Positions 18,977 to 29,262 are shown, counted from the stretch's first letter. The stretch is 64,000 bases of DNA from Thermoplasmata archaeon (GCA_041489255.1 JBGPQV010000002.1:64001-128000); one strand, 5' to 3'. Notes: generated by a model from the letters alone, not told the origin. A program made the numbers and translations.

Positions 18977-21900
18977 TTAACGGCCGTTTGTCGGTGGAAC
19001 GCTGTCGGCCACTGCCTCGCGCTTCTTTCTCTTTCTGCTGAGGAACCTCTGGCCCGCGAAGATGAACATGGGTATCGCGATCGGGATGATCACGTCCTGG
19101 AATTCAGGGATGATCACGGTTGCCGACGCCTTGCTCTCCGACAATTTATACCCACTCTGCGAGGTGTAGTTCAGGAACACCCAGTTCACCAGTATCGAGT
19201 TCTGTGCAGGGTTCTTGATCTGCACCGTGATCGTGAAGCTGTGCGCGCCCGGACCCACGTTCGCGAAAATCCAACGGTACGTCTGGCCGCTCCACGAAGA
19301 AGGAGCGACGCTCGCTCCGAGATACGTCACGTCGGTCGGCAGCGTGTCGTTGATCCACACCCTCAGGGCGTTGGCGCTGCCCGTGTTGTTGAAGTAGATT
19401 GTGTAGGTGACGATCGCACCAGGGACCGTCACAGATGGCGATGCAGTTTTCTCAACCTTGATTGTCGGCCTCCGGCACGTGAAGTTCGCCCACGAAACGC
19501 TGCGCTCCATCCATCTGCCAAGCTGATCCGTGTAGTTGCCGAAGACCGTGTTCACTTGGAGGGTGCTATCCTGGGCATTTCCGTTCACCTGAGCGATAAT
19601 CGTGAACGACCTTGGAGCTCCAGCAGGAACATTGGCGAATCTCCATCTGTAGGTGTTCCCGCTCCAGGAAAATGGAGGGACGCTGCTGGAGTAGAAGGTG
19701 ACTCCGGCAGGGAGTGTGTCGTTGATCCACACCGCTCTCGACACTGCATCGCCCGTGTTGTTGTAATAGACGGTGTATTGGACGTAGTCGCCCGGACCAG
19801 CGATCAGCACATTCAGCGTTTTCACGACCCTGATGATTGGGCGATATCTGTCGTTGGGCCCACCTCTGGTCGGAATGCTGGACACATACCAATCTGAATT
19901 CGCATCCGTGTCGACTGGTTTGCCGTCGCTCGCCGCTTTGAATCGGGCCCAAGTCTGCGTCGTGCTGATCGAGGGATATGTAGTCGCATCGACAATCGTG
20001 TTGGCTGAATCCCTGAGGATAATGTTGCCGTTGGAACCCGGGAGGTCGCCTGAGGGAATATTGACCGAGAGATACTCGGCGCCGCTCAACCACGATCCGA
20101 TAATCTCCGTCGTGAATGTGTAGATTGTGATGTACTTGTTCCCTTTGATGATCTGCAGTCTCCACCCACTGAGAGCGACCGGAGAGGATGTGGGGTTCGC
20201 GAGTTCCACCCACGCGGCTCCTTTTTGAGGATATATCTCGTTGATGACAACGTTGTCGCCAGCAGGGGATCGCACGCCGTATCTCCCTCCCCTCGTGAGG
20301 AGAGGTGAGACTGAGTCGGTGTCGCGCAACCAGTCGGTCATGTAGACGATGACCCTGAAACCTGGCACGAGGCCGAACACGGTGGCATTCGCCGCCATCT
20401 CCAACCTGCCAGAGTCGATGGCAGCCGCGACATTTCCCATCCATTCGAACGGCACATTCGCGTTCGGGCGGTACCTGAAAAGGCTCGCATTGTTGAGCTG
20501 CCCCTGGCGCCCATTCGCCACGAGCGCATAGTCGACACCATAGACCTGGCCTTCGATCTCCGTATAGAGACCTGTCGCAGTGCTGTTGTCCGCGTCGACG
20601 TACGCAAATGCCGTGTCCATGCCGGTGGGGACGTTGTAGGAGAAAGGCCCCACGTATCGCGACACAATCCTCCCTGCGTAGGGAGCTGGGAAATAGCTAG
20701 GGATCGTCGCGTTGAGCCAGAAGTCCGAGCCTGCGGGATAATCGAGAACGCCGTCCGCATCAACATCGCCATTCGATTGACTGTCAGGGGTTCCGTCGTT
20801 GTTGAAGTCATCCGGAAGAGAATCTATTGAGTCGGGCACCGTGTCCCCATCTGCATCCGTGAATTGCGCTGGAATCGGCCTTTCTCTGAGATTGGGTAGG
20901 TCCTCACCACCAAGCATCCGACCCTGAACCTTCATGTAGAAAGCGAAATCGGCAGTGACATTCAGCCCGACCTCCGCGATGTCGACGTTCGTGTTGATCG
21001 ATTCCAGGCCTCCGGAGGAGCGCACATCCCATAGTCCGTCCCTTTGAACCTTCGCCGCGTCCCAATCCCCAAACACCCCATCGATGGTCACCTTGGGCGC
21101 TTGGCGGTAGTAGGTCCCCGAGATAATCGAGTCCTTGAGATCCACGAGTGAATTTGTGGATATGGCAGAAACCTTGAGCGTCAGCGAGCTCGCATCCGGG
21201 GCAGCTGAGAGGTGCGCAACCACGAAGAGCGAGACGCTCTCCCCCTCTCTAATCGTCAGGTCGACTCCGAGACTGCCGATTCCAGAGATGAACGAGGATG
21301 TGTTGAGCAGCGTGTCAGCAGGCTCGTACGTCCCATCGTTGTCGTCAAGATGAAGGCTCAGCACCACGGACTGGTCGGGCATCGAACCCTGCTTGGTGAC
21401 GTTGACGGCATGGATTGTGCTCGAACCTGCCTCGGCCCGCAGGCGCACATAGAGGAAAGCTTGATCGTCAACCGTCATGATGTCGCTCACGAGAGTCCTC
21501 TGGGTCACTGCGAGCGTGGAATATGCCACACATGCGACGTCATCCGCGATGTCGATCACTCCGGTCGTGTTCGCGGTTAGAACGATGATGTGGGCCTCGC
21601 TTGGTTCGGCCAACGGCATCATGAACTCGAGCATGCTTCCTGAAGTCGCTGCCGCGATCGCATTTCTGTGCGAGAACGCAGAGAGATTGTTCTGACCCCC
21701 GCCAAGCCCCGAAGTCCATTCCGAGACTCTCGAACCCGCCATCTTTCCATCATAGCCGCTGATCAGAACGTCCATATCGGCACCTATGCCGCCTATCGAA
21801 TATCCTGTGGACGGTCGCCCGTCCGCGTCCACCATGATTATGATATAATCAATGAGGTCCGGTGCGGCGGGAGCACTCGGTGTGTCGAACATGACTCCGT

Positions 21901-23674
21901 CGACCTCGACATATACGGCGAGCTGCCCATCTTGCGAGGAGACCTTTGTTGATACGATATCCAGGTCAGAGCGGTAGGAGACATTGGCTCCCCTTGTGTC
22001 CCCGACCGCGTCGTCATGCGTCGGGATTCCTGCCCAGTCTGAGAAGCTGCCATCGACTCTCAGGATCGTCGTCTGAGGCCCGCTTGGGATGAGAGTTGCT
22101 ATCAACGGCGCGAGGAGGAGAATCGCGATTACGGCAGCGACTACGCCTGCGGACCTGAACCAGCCTCGTTCCGCACGGTAGATCGGCTGGAACCTTCCGC
22201 GCCTTCCGTTGGTGAAGCCGTTCCCATTCACTAGGCCGTTCACATGACCTATGCCGTTGACGAGGCCGTACACTCTCCCCAAGCCGTTGACCAGGCCGTT
22301 GGTCCTCCCGATGCCGTTCACAAGACCGTTCGTCCTTCCGAGACCGTTGACCAAGCCGTTCGTCCGGCCAATGCCGTTAACCAAGCCATTGGTTCGGCCT
22401 AGCCCGTTGACAAGGCCGTTGGTTCTCCCGATCCCGTTGACCAGCCCGTTGACGCGCCCTTCCCTCGGCGTCCCTTTTGCGCGGGGAACGCCGACCGTCC
22501 TCAGACCTTCGAGAGCTTTCCGCTCGCCCTCCATCTTCATGCGGCGGACGTCTTTGGCGCGCGCCCTCGATGTGTCAGCCTCCTCGTTCCTGCCAAGCCT
22601 CTGCAAGAGCTCCGCCCTCGTCTCCCACGCGACATCGAGCCTCGAATCCGATCGAAGGAGGCGCTCGTAGTAGCTGAGCGCTTTCTGGATTGCCGATATC
22701 TCCGTGGCAGGTTTCTCCGGCGGCGCCATCGCCGACCATCGTGGCGGTATCAAGGACGAGTCGGCCAGGGTCTCGGCCAGGTTCAGGACCTGCAGTCTGT
22801 ACTCCTCATCCCTGGCGGGATTGATCTTCGCTGCCCTCTCGAGGCATTGCACCGCCTCCTTGGGCCGCCCGAGCTCACGGAGAACGTGCGACTTCAGTAC
22901 CCAAGCCCTTTCGAGCTTCGGGTCAACTTCCAGCAGTTCTTCGTAGTGTCTCAACTCCTCGCCGAGCTGGTCCGCTCTTGTCGGAGTCTTCTCGGCGACC
23001 CTCTGCCAGCGGGCGAGGAAGTCTTGGGAAACGCCTTTGCTTTCCTTGATCTCTGGGGCCGGGATTTCCCCAAGAACGGTTTCCTCGGCGGATGAATAAC
23101 CGCATATGCCGCACCTCTCTGCCCCGGGAGCGAGGAAGGCGCCACAATGGGGGCAGACCTTGACCTCCTCCTTCTCAACCTGTGTGACGACTTCCCTGGG
23201 GAGCTCCTCCTCCACCGCCTCAGCCTCTTCGATCACCTGATGGCATGTGGAACAACTCTCGGCATCCTTGGACAGGAATGCGCCGCAATTGGAGCAGATA
23301 TAGAGCGCCGGCTGCTCGGAGACTCCCTTGGCGGGCTCCGCCGCTGGAGCAGGCGCCCCGTCTTCCTCCTCTTCGAACTCCGTGCCGCATTGAGGACAGA
23401 TCTCCGAGTCTGCACTGGCGAATGCGCCGCAGACAGGGCAAATGAACAGCTCCGCCTTATTGGAATACCATCGGTCGCCTATGGAGATCGACTCGGAGGC
23501 CTTCGCCCTCACCGCGGTTGCCTCCTCCAGGGAGAGCACGCATGATTCCGCGATCGCCTCCGGAGTGGCATCCGCAAGGTCATCGATCCGCGGGTACCTT
23601 GCGCGGACTCTCGCCGCCTTCTCGCGGTCGAGGTCGCAGGTCGTCAGTAGCCACTCTTCGTACAGCTCATCCAT
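18977..23674 (-). CDS. 1565-aa multidomain membrane protein: HhH-like, three zinc ribbons, TPRs, Asn-Gly repeats, TM, large ectodomain with lamin-tail-like and DUF11-like domains, PEF-CTERM-like tail
   Basis: CPVC/CPQC, CSNC/CSTC, CPHC/CGIC; TPR-like AWVLKSHVLRELGR; (GRTNGLVNG[IL])n; TM VVAAVIAILLLAPLIA; VVINEIYP...WVELANP; two YT.YYNNTG...INDTLP repeats; IPEF + TM + RKRKKR. Confidence 0.85.
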   Translation of the reverse strand: MDELYEEWLLTTCDLDREKAARVRARYPRIDDLADATPEAIAESCVLSLEEATAVRAKASESISIGDRWYSNKAELFICPVCGAFASADSEICPQCGTEFEEEEDGAPAPAAEPAKGVSEQPALYICSNCGAFLSKDAESCSTCHQVIEEAEAVEEELPREVVTQVEKEEVKVCPHCGAFLAPGAERCGICGYSSAEETVLGEIPAPEIKESKGVSQDFLARWQRVAEKTPTRADQLGEELRHYEELLEVDPKLERAWVLKSHVLRELGRPKEAVQCLERAAKINPARDEEYRLQVLNLAETLADSSLIPPRWSAMAPPEKPATEISAIQKALSYYERLLRSDSRLDVAWETRAELLQRLGRNEEADTSRARAKDVRRMKMEGERKALEGLRTVGVPRAKGTPREGRVNGLVNGIGRTNGLVNGLGRTNGLVNGIGRTNGLVNGLGRTNGLVNGIGRTNGLVNGLGRVYGLVNGIGHVNGLVNGNGFTNGRRGRFQPIYRAERGWFRSAGVVAAVIAILLLAPLIATLIPSGPQTTILRVDGSFSDWAGIPTHDDAVGDTRGANVSYRSDLDIVSTKVSSQDGQLAVYVEVDGVMFDTPSAPAAPDLIDYIIIMVDADGRPSTGYSIGGIGADMDVLISGYDGKMAGSRVSEWTSGLGGGQNNLSAFSHRNAIAAATSGSMLEFMMPLAEPSEAHIIVLTANTTGVIDIADDVACVAYSTLAVTQRTLVSDIMTVDDQAFLYVRLRAEAGSSTIHAVNVTKQGSMPDQSVVLSLHLDDNDGTYEPADTLLNTSSFISGIGSLGVDLTIREGESVSLFVVAHLSAAPDASSLTLKVSAISTNSLVDLKDSIISGTYYRQAPKVTIDGVFGDWDAAKVQRDGLWDVRSSGGLESINTNVDIAEVGLNVTADFAFYMKVQGRMLGGEDLPNLRERPIPAQFTDADGDTVPDSIDSLPDDFNNDGTPDSQSNGDVDADGVLDYPAGSDFWLNATIPSYFPAPYAGRIVSRYVGPFSYNVPTGMDTAFAYVDADNSTATGLYTEIEGQVYGVDYALVANGRQGQLNNASLFRYRPNANVPFEWMGNVAAAIDSGRLEMAANATVFGLVPGFRVIVYMTDWLRDTDSVSPLLTRGGRYGVRSPAGDNVVINEIYPQKGAAWVELANPTSSPVALSGWRLQIIKGNKYITIYTFTTEIIGSWLSGAEYLSVNIPSGDLPGSNGNIILRDSANTIVDATTYPSISTTQTWARFKAASDGKPVDTDANSDWYVSSIPTRGGPNDRYRPIIRVVKTLNVLIAGPGDYVQYTVYYNNTGDAVSRAVWINDTLPAGVTFYSSSVPPFSWSGNTYRWRFANVPAGAPRSFTIIAQVNGNAQDSTLQVNTVFGNYTDQLGRWMERSVSWANFTCRRPTIKVEKTASPSVTVPGAIVTYTIYFNNTGSANALRVWINDTLPTDVTYLGASVAPSSWSGQTYRWIFANVGPGAHSFTITVQIKNPAQNSILVNWVFLNYTSQSGYKLSESKASATVIIPEFQDVIIPIAIPMFIFAGQRFLSRKRKKREAVADSVPPTNGR
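22206..22459 (-). repeat. Intragenic 30-bp tandem repeat, about 8 copies, encoding GRTNGLVNG(I/L)
   Basis: Recurrent gccgtt/gacc units at 30-bp period; synonymous codons differ between copies. Confidence 0.92.
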
Positions 23675-23709
23675 CTGAGGATACGATTATCGCCGGTATT
23701 CAAGCCATG

Positions 23710-23743
23710 TGTGGAAGCGCATAGGGCAAATGTGGAAGCGCAT
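23710..23743. promoter_or_regulatory. Tandem operator-like direct repeat TGTGGAAGCGCAT x2
   Basis: Identical 13-mers at 23710-23722 and 23731-23743 (21-bp period). Each lies in a near-palindrome, RTGTG-N4-CGCAT, just upstream of the 1565-aa gene. Confidence 0.6.
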
Positions 23744-23768
23744 TTTACCTTGCTAGAACATTATATTG

Positions 23769-24461
23769 TCAATTTACAAGGGTACCGTAGGGATCCAGGG
23801 GGATTGACAACACCCCTTTTCCCCTCCCTTTCCCAATCCTGAGCTGGAGCTCCGTTTCCGTCCGTCTGAGGACCTGCGGCGACTGCCTTTCGTCCTCGAG
23901 GCGCGTCAAAATCCGCTCGACATATGCCCTCGCCCTCAGATGCTGCTTTTCCTGCTTGTCCTTGAGCACATTGGTCGGATACAATCTCGTGAACCTTCCA
24001 TCTATCGCGACCGTGACGAGACCGAGCTTCTCTAGTTCTGACGCGACCTTGCTGGCGGTCTGCCTGCTCGCGTTCATCGCCCCAGACAACTCGACCTTGG
24101 AGATGCCTGGCGACTCTACGATACTCCTCAGGGCATCACGCCTTTTCGAGGTACGAAGGGTGATGAAAAGATCCGCATCCGCCGGGTCAACGAAGTCCTT
24201 GGGGTAGTAGACCTTTTCGTCATGGCGGTGAACCACATATCCTCCGGAGACGAGACTCCGCAGATGCCAGACGACCGAGCTGGACGACATCTTTAGGTCG
24301 CTCGCAATCTTGCCGCCTGTCGTGAAGGGTCTTAGACTGAGATATTCCAGAATCCGGCGCCTGTGAGCGTTGAGGAGCGGTGACGTGGCGGGAGCGGGAG
24401 ACTCCGCTTTCTCTTTCCCGTCAAGGGCGTCTTGCAGCGCCTTGCCAATCCCTTTGAGCAT
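23769..24461 (-). CDS. Transcriptional regulator with two winged-HTH domains
   Basis: RRRILEYL...P....KIA..L.MSSSSV.WHL..L and second HTH PGISKVELS...SRQTAS. Confidence 0.8.
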   Translation of the reverse strand: MLKGIGKALQDALDGKEKAESPAPATSPLLNAHRRRILEYLSLRPFTTGGKIASDLKMSSSSVVWHLRSLVSGGYVVHRHDEKVYYPKDFVDPADADLFITLRTSKRRDALRSIVESPGISKVELSGAMNASRQTASKVASELEKLGLVTVAIDGRFTRLYPTNVLKDKQEKQHLRARAYVERILTRLEDERQSPQVLRRTETELQLRIGKGRGKGVLSIPLDPYGTLVN

Positions 24462-24462
24462 C

Positions 24463-25332
24463 CTATCCCTCTGAGTACTCCGCCAGAATGCTTTCTATAA
24501 GGTGCTCAGCCTTCAGCGTCTTGAAATCCTCGTCGCTGAGACCCTCGAGAGCCTTTTGCACGCTCTCTTGGATCCCCTTGGGGAGAGGTTTCTTCTGCTG
24601 CAGCACATCTCTAATCTGCGACGGTATCTTCGTCGTCAACTCGCGCTTGTAGGCGTTCGAGTCGACTATCAGCCCGAGGCCTTTCATGATCTTGTAAGGA
24701 TGCGAGAGTTCGCTGTGCTTCGTCGAACGGGCCTTGATGATCTTCAGCAATCGTATCACACTTCCCTCTGCCGCCTTGTACTTGAGGTGTATGACACAAT
24801 CCGCGAGGTACATCGGTATGATGGTCTCAGGGCCGGTCAGCTCGCCCGGGCCGTGCTCCTCGAGCGTGCACAGGACTGTTCCGACCCTGCGGGTCTCCTT
24901 CAACATGAAACCTATGAGGTCCCTCTGCTCATACTGGTCCTTGGTCGACCAGAGCACAGGAGTGAGAGGGTCGACGGCAATCCTCGTGTTGGCGCCTTTC
25001 CAGTCCGCCACGAATGCGGGAAGCTCCTTGCGGATGAAGTTGCTGAACTCCCGCCCGGACGCGTCGATGAACACGAGCAGCCCGTCCTCGAGATAGTCCA
25101 GGATGTCCGACCAGCCCATCTCGATGGCCTCGCGGATTATCTGCTCCTTGTTCTCGTCGAGGGAGACGAAGATGCCCTCCTGCCCTTCCTGGAGCCCGCG
25201 CCTGATGAACTGAGTCGCGCAGGTGGTCTTTCCGGCCCCGGACGAACCGATGACGACCGTCGTGCTGTTCTCGTTGAAGCCGCCGTCCAAGAGAGGATTG
25301 AGGCCGAAAATCCCACTCTTAATCTTGCGCAC
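24463..25332 (-). CDS. KaiC-like / RAD55-family ATPase (single domain)
   Basis: IKSGIFGLNPLLDGG, Walker A GSSGAGKTT, YLADCVIHL, KIIKARSTKH. Confidence 0.88.
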   Translation of the reverse strand: MRKIKSGIFGLNPLLDGGFNENSTTVVIGSSGAGKTTCATQFIRRGLQEGQEGIFVSLDENKEQIIREAIEMGWSDILDYLEDGLLVFIDASGREFSNFIRKELPAFVADWKGANTRIAVDPLTPVLWSTKDQYEQRDLIGFMLKETRRVGTVLCTLEEHGPGELTGPETIIPMYLADCVIHLKYKAAEGSVIRLLKIIKARSTKHSELSHPYKIMKGLGLIVDSNAYKRELTTKIPSQIRDVLQQKKPLPKGIQESVQKALEGLSDEDFKTLKAEHLIESILAEYSEG

Positions 25333-25463
25333 GGCTGAATTATCCGGCCCTCGCTATATATCACTTTTCCCGCGGGAATCTCGTTCGCGACCAAGTCGAG
25401 TCGCGGCAAGATCCAGCAGAAGTTGGATGGAATGTGGCGGGGAAGAGAGGAAATCGCTCGCCA

Positions 25464-25808
25464 TCAGCTCTTGGACGCCGCTCCACGTCTGACGTATTCC
25501 CGGAGGCGCTCGATATCCTTCTCGCCGAGACCAACTCCGAGGATGCCGTCCAACTTGAAAACGGGCCGACCCGATTCGAAGACCGCCAACGTCGGGACGA
25601 CGTCGATGGAGTAGATGTCCCACAGGGAATCGTCCATGTCATCGAGGAGCACCGCAGTGATCGACCATGGGAATTCATCCTGGTGTCGCTCCATTATCGG
25701 CCTGAACGCGCGGCAGAAAGGGCACCAGCTCGCGTCGAACATTACTATCACCGGATCCCTTGCGCGAAGAACCTCCATCTCGAATCTGTCTGGCGTGATC
25801 GTCCTCAT
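25464..25808 (-). CDS. Thioredoxin
   Basis: FDASWCPFC active site, IDVVPTL. Confidence 0.85.
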   Translation of the reverse strand: MRTITPDRFEMEVLRARDPVIVMFDASWCPFCRAFRPIMERHQDEFPWSITAVLLDDMDDSLWDIYSIDVVPTLAVFESGRPVFKLDGILGVGLGEKDIERLREYVRRGAASKS

Positions 25809-25926
25809 CGTCGTCGAATGCGGTCATCACGCAACATGGTCATTAACCTGCTTCGACGCAGTATCACGCAAGGCTTTAGTGCATGTCGCGCATTCCCCGC
25901 CGCTCCTCAATTTTAGAAGGGATGGT

Positions 25927-28900
25927 ATGGCCAACTGGGTTTGCAGCAGCGACATCGAGGCGTACTTCGCCAGTCTCCAGAAGGAGGCGGACCGCTGCTA
26001 CGAAGTCGGAAGGCTCGCGAGGGCGAAGGGGTTCGACCCGGAGCTGGACATAGAGACGCCTCAGACGAAGGACCTCGCGTCCCGCGTGGAGAGGCTCCTC
26101 AAGGATTATGGCGTCGATGACGTCGCCGACATCATCCGGGAGCACAGCAAGAAGCATGACAGGGAGACGGTATCCATCATGGTCGCCAAGGATGTCGCGA
26201 GGCGCGGCAACGGCTCCAAGGAGAAGGCCGTCGAGAGGGCCGTCCGCGTCGGGCTGGCGATACTCACGGAAGGCATCCTTGTCGCCCCGCTCGAGGGTCT
26301 CGCCGATGTCAAGATCAAGAAGAACAGGGACGGGACATCATATGTCGACCTCCTCTACGCAGGTCCGATACGCTCCGCGGGAGGCACTGCCCAAGCGCTT
26401 AGCGTCCTCATAGCGGACGTCGTAAGAAGAGAACTGGGCATAGGAAGATATCAGCCGACGCAACAGGAGGTGGACCGCCTCAAGGAAGAGATACCGCTCT
26501 ACAAGCAGGTTCAGCACCTCCAGTACAATCCGACGGCAGAGGAGATCGAGCTCATGGCGAGCAACTGCCCCGTGAGTATCAACGGCGAAGCGACGGAGGA
26601 GATGGAGATCTCCGGGCACAGGGATCTGCCGCGCGTGGAGACGAACCGCCTGCGCGGCGGGATGTGTCTCGTCATCTCCGACGGCTTGTGCCTCAAGGCT
26701 CCGAAGATCCAGAAGCATGTGAAACGGCTGAAGATAGACGGCTGGGAGTTCATCGACAATTACATCAAGGGGAAGACCGAGGAGACTTCGGACCGCCAGG
26801 ACGAGGATATCGTCGTGGAGGCCAGCGACAAGTTCATTCAGAATATTCTGGCGGGGAGACCGGTGCTCTGTCACCCGAGCCGCGCCGGCGGCTTCAGGCT
26901 GAGGTACGGAAGGACGAGAGCGACCGGATTGGCGGCTGTCGCAATCCATCCCGCCGCAATGGCGGTGCTCGACAACTTCATCGCCGTCGGGACTCAGATA
27001 AAGACGGAGCGACCCGGGAAAGCCGCTGCCGCGACGCCCTGCGACACCATCGAGCCGCCAATCGTCCTGCTCAAGGACGAGAGTCTCGTGACGCTCAGCT
27101 CGCTTGACGAGGTGGAGGAGGCGCGGGAATCCATCAAGACCATCGTCGACCTCGGCGAGATACTCATACCCTTCGGCGAGTTCCTGGAGAATAACCACGT
27201 CCTCATGCCAGGTGCGTTCGGACTCGATTGGTATCACGAGGAGATGGTGCATGCCGCGGTCAAGCCGCCCGATGACTTGGGCGAACTGCCATTCCAGGAT
27301 GCCTTGAACTTGAGCAGGAAGCACAAATTTCCGCTGCATCCGCGGTACAACCTGTTCTGGCATGACCTGACCGCGAACGAGATTCTTTCGTTGCGCGACT
27401 TCGTCGAGAAGAATGGTCATGTTGATGGCGAGGTGCTCAGGCTTCCGAACGACCAGAGATTCAAAGACATGCTCTGCGTGCTCGGCGCACTCCATCGACT
27501 GAATGACGGGAATATCGTCATTGACACCTACGGGCCTCCGCTCGTCCTCTGCCTCGGGCTCGAGGATCGCGGCGGGAAGCTCGAGAGGGTGCGAGACTCG
27601 CAGGCGAATGATAGCCTCGCCCTGGTCTCCGCGTTGGCGGGAATCGAGGTGAGGGCCAGAGGCCCCACGAGGATCGGCGCACGCATGGGCAGACCGGAGA
27701 AGGCGGCGCCGCGCAAGATGAAACCCGCCCCGCACGCCCTCTTCCCGATCGGCAGGGAGGGAGGGCAGCAGAGGCTCTTGAGGGAGGCCTTGGCAAACGA
27801 TGTCGTCGAGCTGGAGGTCGGGCTGAGGATCTGCAGGACGTGCGGCAAGAGGTGGTTCCTCCCGAAGTGCCCGTGCGGCGGCCACACTGTGCTCAGGGAC
27901 GCGAGATCCCCTCAGAAGATACCGCTCAGGGAGGTCTACGAAGAGGCCGCTGCGAGGACGGGGCTGAGAGGGAAGAACATGGACGTGAAATGCGTCCAGG
28001 GCATGATCTCAAAGACCAAGACTCCGGAACCGCTCGAGAAAGGTCTCCTTCGCGCCAAACACGAGGTCTTCGTGTTCAAGGACGGCACAACCAGGTTCGA
28101 CATGACGAACCTGCCCCTCACTCACTTCAGGCTCTCGGACGCCGACATGACGCCAGAGGCGGCGAAGAAGCTGGGATACGAGAGGGACATCCAGGGCCAG
28201 CCAATCGTGGACGAGGGACAGCTCGTCGAACTGCGCGTCCACGACATAATCGTCTCTCGCGACTGCGGGGAGTATCTCGTGCGAGTCTCCCATTTCATCG
28301 ACGATCTGCTCGAGAAGCTCTACGGTCTCCCTACGTTCTATGACGCCGCTGGGCCGGAGGACCTCGTGGGGCAGATGGCAGTCGGCCTCGCGCCGCACAC
28401 GTCTGGAGGCGTCCTCGCACGGATCATAGGCTTCACTCCCGCCAAGGCCTGCCTGGCGCATCCCTATTTCCACGCCGCGAAGCGGAGGAACTGCGACGGC
28501 GACGAGGACTCCGTGATCCTCCTGCTCGACTGCCTGATCAATTTCAGCAGGGCGTTCCTTCCTGAGAAAAGGGGGGGTTTGATGGACGCGCCTCTGGTCC
28601 TCTCGACTCACATCGACCCGAACGAGATTGACAAGGAAGCTCACAACATCGACTTGAGGTCGCGATACCCGTTGGAATTCTTCCAGGCCACGATGAAGCA
28701 CGCGGAGCCGAGGAAACTCGAGACAATGATGGACATCGCGGGCAAGAGGATCGGCAGCGTGCTGCAATACGAAGGCTTCAGCTTCACTCATGACGTCACG
28801 AGCATCGCCGATGCCCCTCTCACCTCTGCCTATGGCGAGGGCGGCATGGTGGAGAAACTCGAGGCGCAACTCAACCTCGCGTCGAAGATCAGGGCGGTGG

Positions 28901-29262
28901 ATGTGCCCGATGTCGTCACGAGGATCGTCGTCCACCACTTCCTCCCTGACCTGATAGGCAACCTCAAGGCTTTCTCCAGCCAGCAGGTTCGGTGCACCAA
29001 GTGCAACGCGAAGTTTAGGAGGATGCCGCTTAAGGGGCAATGTACCGTCCTCACAAACAAGGGACACGAGTGCGGCGGGAATCTCATGCTCACCGTGCAC
29101 AAGAGCTCCGTCAAGAAATATCTCGAGGTCTCGAAGCGCATCGCGGAGCAGTATGGCGTCTCGAATTACCTGCGGCAGCGCCTCGACTTGGCCGAGGAGG
29201 CTATCGCCTCGCTGTTCACCAACGAGAAGGTCAAGGGCCTCAAGATCGACGATTTCCTGTGA
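25927..29262 (+). CDS. polC: DNA polymerase D large subunit DP2
   Basis: AGPIRSAGGTAQA, GGFRLRYGR, GARMGRPEKA, FKDGTTRFD, HAAKRRNCDGDED, C-terminal Zn finger; no intein visible. Start MANWV at 25927. Confidence 0.97.
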   Translation: MANWVCSSDIEAYFASLQKEADRCYEVGRLARAKGFDPELDIETPQTKDLASRVERLLKDYGVDDVADIIREHSKKHDRETVSIMVAKDVARRGNGSKEKAVERAVRVGLAILTEGILVAPLEGLADVKIKKNRDGTSYVDLLYAGPIRSAGGTAQALSVLIADVVRRELGIGRYQPTQQEVDRLKEEIPLYKQVQHLQYNPTAEEIELMASNCPVSINGEATEEMEISGHRDLPRVETNRLRGGMCLVISDGLCLKAPKIQKHVKRLKIDGWEFIDNYIKGKTEETSDRQDEDIVVEASDKFIQNILAGRPVLCHPSRAGGFRLRYGRTRATGLAAVAIHPAAMAVLDNFIAVGTQIKTERPGKAAAATPCDTIEPPIVLLKDESLVTLSSLDEVEEARESIKTIVDLGEILIPFGEFLENNHVLMPGAFGLDWYHEEMVHAAVKPPDDLGELPFQDALNLSRKHKFPLHPRYNLFWHDLTANEILSLRDFVEKNGHVDGEVLRLPNDQRFKDMLCVLGALHRLNDGNIVIDTYGPPLVLCLGLEDRGGKLERVRDSQANDSLALVSALAGIEVRARGPTRIGARMGRPEKAAPRKMKPAPHALFPIGREGGQQRLLREALANDVVELEVGLRICRTCGKRWFLPKCPCGGHTVLRDARSPQKIPLREVYEEAAARTGLRGKNMDVKCVQGMISKTKTPEPLEKGLLRAKHEVFVFKDGTTRFDMTNLPLTHFRLSDADMTPEAAKKLGYERDIQGQPIVDEGQLVELRVHDIIVSRDCGEYLVRVSHFIDDLLEKLYGLPTFYDAAGPEDLVGQMAVGLAPHTSGGVLARIIGFTPAKACLAHPYFHAAKRRNCDGDEDSVILLLDCLINFSRAFLPEKRGGLMDAPLVLSTHIDPNEIDKEAHNIDLRSRYPLEFFQATMKHAEPRKLETMMDIAGKRIGSVLQYEGFSFTHDVTSIADAPLTSAYGEGGMVEKLEAQLNLASKIRAVDVPDVVTRIVVHHFLPDLIGNLKAFSSQQVRCTKCNAKFRRMPLKGQCTVLTNKGHECGGNLMLTVHKSSVKKYLEVSKRIAEQYGVSNYLRQRLDLAEEAIASLFTNEKVKGLKIDDFL

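Noticed and set aside
22206-22459. CRISPR array (30-bp periodicity)
   Set aside because: Repeats are contiguous with no spacers, are in frame, and vary at synonymous positions.
25927-29262. Intein in PolD DP2
   Set aside because: The RRNCDGDED region is uninterrupted and the length (about 1110 aa) is normal.
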